From assembly GCA_049510745.1 (NCBI GenBank), contig JBEKYR010000008.1, forward strand, positions 160,001 through 224,000: DNA of 64,000 bases, written 5' to 3'. The stretch comes from Verrucomicrobiota bacterium. GTDB taxonomy: Bacteria > Verrucomicrobiota > Verrucomicrobiia > Limisphaerales > Palsa-1400. The notes under the pieces are model-generated. The model had not been told where the DNA came from. It searched no databases and saw only the letters and a list, made by a program, of their open reading frames with translations. The position numbers were made by a program, and so were the translations under genes. Below, piece after piece: positions 60,100-64,000 of this stretch. The stretch's first letter is position 1; every line of letters begins with the position of its first letter.

Positions 60100-60699
60100 A
60101 TGCCGAAACCGCAACCGAAGCGCTCCAAGGTCAAAAAGGACACCCCAACGCGTAGGCTTAAATTTGCTGGTCAAATCAGGGAGTGGGCCAAAAAAGATAT
60201 TGTGACCGCAACATTTTTCGCGCAAAGAGGGAGAATATTCAGCGACATGGAATTGGCATTGGTGTGTTATTACTTCATCTGGGATAAATTTAAAGTCCTG
60301 CAATCCGGTCAAAATCCAATCGAACAAGGAATTTTGGGGGAACTATGGACAAAGGAGGTGTCGGACGCATACTCAAAAAACATTTCGCAACTTTTTGCCC
60401 AAGATCGAAGAAAACTATGCGGGATATTCTTGAATGCAGTGGAAAACCGCGATGCTGGAAAGATTTTAGAGATTGCCAAGGCGGTCAAATTCTTAAAGAC
60501 ATTCAAAGAGAATAGCGACCATTGCCGGGCTGGCATCTTGGGTTTGAAAAGTGTACTGGATAAAAATAACCGAAAAATGCCAATCAGCGAACTGGCGCGG
60601 GCGGTCAAATGGCCTGCAAGTGACGCAAAGCACGGATTTTGGAGACTTCGCAGAATCGCCAAGGAATTGAATTTCCCGCTGGAGCCTCAACACAAATAA
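60100..60699 (+). CDS. Hypothetical passenger protein, possible C-terminal HTH
   Basis: 199-aa AT-rich ORF; MPISELARAV.W......WRLRRIAKEL. Confidence 0.65.
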   Translation: MPKPQPKRSKVKKDTPTRRLKFAGQIREWAKKDIVTATFFAQRGRIFSDMELALVCYYFIWDKFKVLQSGQNPIEQGILGELWTKEVSDAYSKNISQLFAQDRRKLCGIFLNAVENRDAGKILEIAKAVKFLKTFKENSDHCRAGILGLKSVLDKNNRKMPISELARAVKWPASDAKHGFWRLRRIAKELNFPLEPQHK

Positions 60700-60887
60700 G
60701 GCCGTGCAAACCGCGATAATGTGTTGAGTGTGTTTCAACTTCATAGGGTAAATTCCCCTCACGGAACTGCAATTCCGCAATAGGCGCATGTAATTTAGAA
60801 ACCGCTTTGTGTCCAATGCCCGCGCCGGGTGTTTTGCAGTTGGATGCGAGGCGGTTTTCGTTTTTGCGATTATGAAATTAAAACGGT

Positions 60888-60981
60888 CGCGCTTGCGTAG
60901 CCATTAAGGGCGGATACGTGGAGCGCGGACAAATGGGCACGGCCCGCTTGGTGATTCTTTGGCAAGACAACCAAGCGGGCC
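60888..60981 (+). ncRNA. Two strong hairpins upstream of the tRNA-like RNA (leader or separate structured RNA)
   Basis: CGCGCTT-GCGTA-GCC...GGC..TACGT..GAGCGCG (60888-60928) and GGCCCGCTTGGT...ACCAAGCGGGCC (60941-60981; 12-bp perfect stem). Confidence 0.55.
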
Positions 60982-60996
60982 GCAAACGTAATGAAT

Positions 60997-61092
60997 GGGG
61001 CCAGTCCCCTTTGGCTGGACGCCGTAACGCGGGTTTAGACCGCTAGGGGCATTGTGTAATGCAATGGGGTTCGACTCCCACTGGTTCCACCA
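60997..61092 (+). ncRNA. Non-canonical tRNA-like RNA (9/3 allo-tRNA-like; Ala identity elements; UUA in anticodon-like loop)
   Basis: GGGGCCAGT pairs with ACTGGTTCC, followed by A-CCA. T arm GGG-TTCGACT-CCC. Internal hairpins GGC-TGGAC-GCC, GCGG-GTTTAGA-CCGC and CATTG-TGTAATG-CAATG. Confidence 0.72.
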
Positions 61093-61248
61093 TTTACGCG
61101 GATACAGAACCACAGTCTGCCGCTGAAAGCAAGACTTTTCTGGCCCATTTCGACTGCGACAGGCCAGATTTGACGATTGTCGCATCAATTGTTTTGCGCT
61201 CGCCAGCCGTGAACCGGAGTTTTATGGCGTGCAAACAGGACAACATAC

Positions 61249-61797
61249 CTAGTCCGCCATCTCGCCGGTAAAAAACTCCACTATTTGTTCTTTTGTTCGC
61301 GGCTTGGTGCCGCGCTTCTGCACTACTTCGTGGTAAACTAAATAGAATCCAGTCCAGACGTCAGATTCATCGCCCTTTTGCTTTCTTATCACCTGGTCAA
61401 AACACGTCTCCCAGTAATATTGAATGTAAATCGAGTAGTCGCAATAAATCCTACTTTTCTGCATTTCATGGTCTTCAAGCGCGGAGCCAAGATCATTAAA
61501 GAAATCAATTATATCCTCGCTTATGTCGGCTGGTTTATCCAGGTTTTCCAAGATTATTTTTGCGGCTTTTTGGCGCTTTGGTTCAAGCCGTTCCCAGCGT
61601 TCCTCGAAGTAATTGGCCCTTTCTTCGGCTTTTTCACCCCACTTGAACCGAGATATGAGAACGCAAAGGATTGCGCTTATGATAAACCATTTGCCTGCAA
61701 TCGCGTGGTCTTGTGATGCGATGGCGGCAAAAAGCGGGGCACCAACTAACACAACCAGCCCCTCCGCTCGAATCCATCTGTGGAGCCAAGGAAACAT
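61249..61797 (-). CDS. Hypothetical membrane-anchored passenger protein (DUF4760-like C-terminus)
   Basis: Two N-terminal TM segments; II.FF..LG.......I...Y..YI.YYWE. Confidence 0.65.
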   Translation of the reverse strand: MFPWLHRWIRAEGLVVLVGAPLFAAIASQDHAIAGKWFIISAILCVLISRFKWGEKAEERANYFEERWERLEPKRQKAAKIILENLDKPADISEDIIDFFNDLGSALEDHEMQKSRIYCDYSIYIQYYWETCFDQVIRKQKGDESDVWTGFYLVYHEVVQKRGTKPRTKEQIVEFFTGEMAD

Positions 61798-62093
61798 TTG
61801 GCCAGATTGACCCTAAATCCGATGTTGAAAAGGCATTTTTTGAGCCTGTTTTGCTTTCACATCCCGAATTTATACCACTACTATTCAGAAAATACGTGCT
61901 TCATGTTGAATATCAGAGGTTTACAAATCGCGCCGCAGAGCGGCGGCGCGATTTGTAAGATCTCTCAATTTCTCCGTTGACAGGTTCTTGGCTGAAAACG
62001 CGGCGGGCGCGATTACAAGCTTCAAAGTAGCCCACTACCTGGCCTTGACTGGGCTTGACCGGACAAGGAGGAAGGCAGGATGAATTCAGCGGT

Positions 62094-63434
62094 TCAACGG
62101 CGGCGCGCCGTCAACGAGGAGGGTCGGGATTTCTTCCGGGTGCTTTTCGCCGCCGCCGGTTTTGCGCCTGTCCGGGCGTGTTGTTCCATCGCGGCTTCGA
62201 CCCGGGCGCGGTCGGTTTCGACAAAGCACTGGAGTTGTTCGGCGGAGGGCAGCACCGTGAGATAGCGGGAAACGAAGAGGCGGTTGTCCATGCCCGCCGT
62301 GGCGAACTGCACCTTGGTGTGGTCCTTGTCGCTACAGAGGAGGATGCCGACGGGCGGTTGATCGCCCTCCGCCATCATGCGGTCCTTAAAATAGTTGAGG
62401 TAATAATTCATCTGGCCCGCGTCGCCGTGTTGGAAGGGGCGGACTTTCAGATCGAGCAGGACGTGGCAACGGAGGCGCCGTTGATAGAAGACCAAATCCA
62501 CGTAGTCGTGCTCGTTGCCAAGGGTCACCCGGAACTGGCGGGCCTCGAAACAAAAGCCCGTGCCGAGTTCGAGCAGGAATTTTTGCAGGTGGTCGAGCAG
62601 GGCCGTTTCGAGATCGCTCTCGGTGTATTGCGGCAATTGGGCGAGGCCGGTGAATTCGAGGACGTAGGGATCGCGGATCAGGTCTTCGATGGTTTCCTGC
62701 GGCTCTTGAGCGCGGGCGCGTTTGATGACGGCGGCTTTATTTCTGGAAAGACCGGTCCGCTCAAAAAGGAGTGACCCAATCTGGCGTTGAAGCTGGCGCT
62801 TCGACCAGTTGCCCTTGAGACACTCGTTTTCATAGAAGGCGCGCTTTAGCGGGTCGTCGATGCGAATGAGTTCAAGGATGTGCGTCCAGGAGAAATGAAG
62901 GACGGCTTCGGGAGAAAGAGGCGTTATGCCGGAAGATTGGCCAACCCGTGGTTGGCCAATTCCGTAACCGGTGGTGACGGAATGACCAGCCAGACCAGAG
63001 GTTGCCGGCGCGCTCAATTCCGTAAGCGGTGAGGACGGAATTTTGCCGCCAAAAGCGCGCCGGGAAATCCTCACCGGTGGTGAGGATTTTTGACTCCCAC
63101 CGCCTGGCAGAAGGAGACGATTGCCCAATTCCCTCACCAGCGGTGAGGAAATCTTTGAGCCAAGTTGAGGATAAACTCCGTAGAGCAGGCGTGTGCGTTC
63201 CAACATCTGAACGCTTAAGCCACCGATCCCACGTTGTTTCAGGTCAGCGGCAAGCCGTGACAACAATCGGACTCCGTATTTCGCGCGATCCTCGCCATTC
63301 TGCTCGAATTCCACGAGGTATGCCCCAACCAGCCAGTTACGGATGACGAGGGATTGATTGACGACGGCGGCGGCGCGACCGAGCAACTCCCGGCTGGCCG
63401 AATCAATCGCTTTGACAAGTTGATTGTATCTCAT
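62094..63434 (-). CDS. YhcG/DUF1016 family PD-(D/E)xK nuclease-domain protein
   Basis: W.VG.Y.VEFEQ.GEDRA.YG, SWTH, R.FYE, WS.R.L.RQI, DPY.LEF, FLLELG.GF.F, GQMN.Y. Confidence 0.92.
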   Translation of the reverse strand: MRYNQLVKAIDSASRELLGRAAAVVNQSLVIRNWLVGAYLVEFEQNGEDRAKYGVRLLSRLAADLKQRGIGGLSVQMLERTRLLYGVYPQLGSKISSPLVRELGNRLLLPGGGSQKSSPPVRISRRAFGGKIPSSPLTELSAPATSGLAGHSVTTGYGIGQPRVGQSSGITPLSPEAVLHFSWTHILELIRIDDPLKRAFYENECLKGNWSKRQLQRQIGSLLFERTGLSRNKAAVIKRARAQEPQETIEDLIRDPYVLEFTGLAQLPQYTESDLETALLDHLQKFLLELGTGFCFEARQFRVTLGNEHDYVDLVFYQRRLRCHVLLDLKVRPFQHGDAGQMNYYLNYFKDRMMAEGDQPPVGILLCSDKDHTKVQFATAGMDNRLFVSRYLTVLPSAEQLQCFVETDRARVEAAMEQHARTGAKPAAAKSTRKKSRPSSLTARRR

Positions 63435-63779
63435 GGGCGTCAGCGGGTGGCGTCACAAACTTCGTGCAGATGTCGCGCTCGCTGAGGGCCTCTTTCTCGG
63501 CTGAGGCCGTTCCAACTTCCGGTCGAGCGCACCGGCGGCGGCAACGACACGAGGGAGATCAAGGTGTCCAGTCGGGGGCGCTTGCCCGGCGATTGGTGAA
63601 ACTTTCGCGTCTTCAGCCATTGTGACTTCCGAGAGGATGGGCCGTAATGAGCAGACTTGCAGCAAAAAACGTCCTCCCGGGTGACTTGGGCGGGGCGGAG
63701 CGCATGAAGGCATTTGCAATTTTCGCGCGCGGAGATACAATAGGAGGAGTTGTTGAACCGGTTCAATCGTTGTTTTTCT

Positions 63780-64000
63780 ATGAGTTGGATGCTTTTTGCT
63801 TTGATGACGGTCGTTTCGTGGGGGCTTTATGGAATCTTTCTGCACAGCGGCCAGACGGCCATGGCGGACAAATCCAACGGCCTCTTTAAATCGTTCTTAT
63901 TCGTCGGCCTGGCTTACTTCTTGACAGCCGTGCTCGCCCCGCTGGCCATGCTGGCGACGCGCAAGACGGACTGGAGTTTTCCAACCGCCGGCATGGGATG
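63780..64000 (+). CDS. Membrane protein (EamA-like possible), 3' partial
   Basis: MSWMLFALMTVVSWGLYGIFLHSGQ...FLFVGLAYFL.AVLAPL; open to the window end. Confidence 0.7.
   Translation, partial: MSWMLFALMTVVSWGLYGIFLHSGQTAMADKSNGLFKSFLFVGLAYFLTAVLAPLAMLATRKTDWSFPTAGMG

Larger units (their letters stand above)
59860..62039. mobile_element. Non-autonomous transposon with terminal inverted repeats and passenger cargo, no transposase
   Basis: GGTTGTGGGCTACTTTGAA (59860-59878) and TTCAAAGTAGCCCACTACC (62021-62039) are 18/19 inverted. Flanks TGATCTTG / TGGCCTTG are 6/8 identical. The interior is AT-richer than the host. Confidence 0.85.

Noticed and set aside
60700..61092. tmRNA (ssrA), suggested by the GGGG...TTCGACTCCC...CCACCA ends
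   Set aside because: The 5' acceptor strand is only 96 nt from the CCA, there is no tag ORF or pseudoknot region, and the pairing is 9/3 rather than 7/5.
60997..61092. tRNA-Sec
   Set aside because: No UCA anticodon, discriminator A, no long D stem, and no sel genes in the window.
63453..63620. Small ORF upstream of yhcG (MAEDAKVSP...)
   Set aside because: Short, with no motif and no independent support.

Overview
GC-rich bacterial chromosome window. Gene content and the style of the secreted proteins suggest Verrucomicrobiota (Pedosphaera/Limisphaera-like); this is an inference. Left to right it contains: two tandem paralogous Gly-rich/Ig-domain secreted proteins and a divergent GT-C glycosyltransferase; prfB (programmed +1 frameshift), trpC, malQ; a YtrA-type GntR regulator, a pilin-like gene and tRNA-Arg(CCT); a 10-gene methylmalonyl-CoA/transcarboxylase (propionate) operon; a cnrYXH-like ECF/anti-sigma module in front of a CusCBA-type efflux system; marC, a GNAT gene, a CII-like regulator and an FAD oxidoreductase. 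A ~9 kb plasticity zone (39.6-48.4 kb) follows, with interleaved direct repeats, REP copies, a dead ISL3, a PIN toxin-antitoxin pair, an AlbA/Schlafen-like gene and a tRNA-Lys att-like remnant. Then come mutY, rnhC, a STAS gene, holA, DUF151, an HDOD signalling trio, Uma2, a two-domain ndk and an acyl-CoA ligase. The most striking element is a 2.18 kb transposase-less mobile element (59860-62039) with 19-bp terminal inverted repeats and a degenerate 8-bp target duplication. It carries a 96-nt non-canonical tRNA-like RNA (9-bp acceptor / 3-bp T stem, G3.U70, A73, encoded CCA, UUA in the anticodon-like loop) preceded by two strong hairpins. All calls were made by eye from the sequence and the ORF track; no searches were run.
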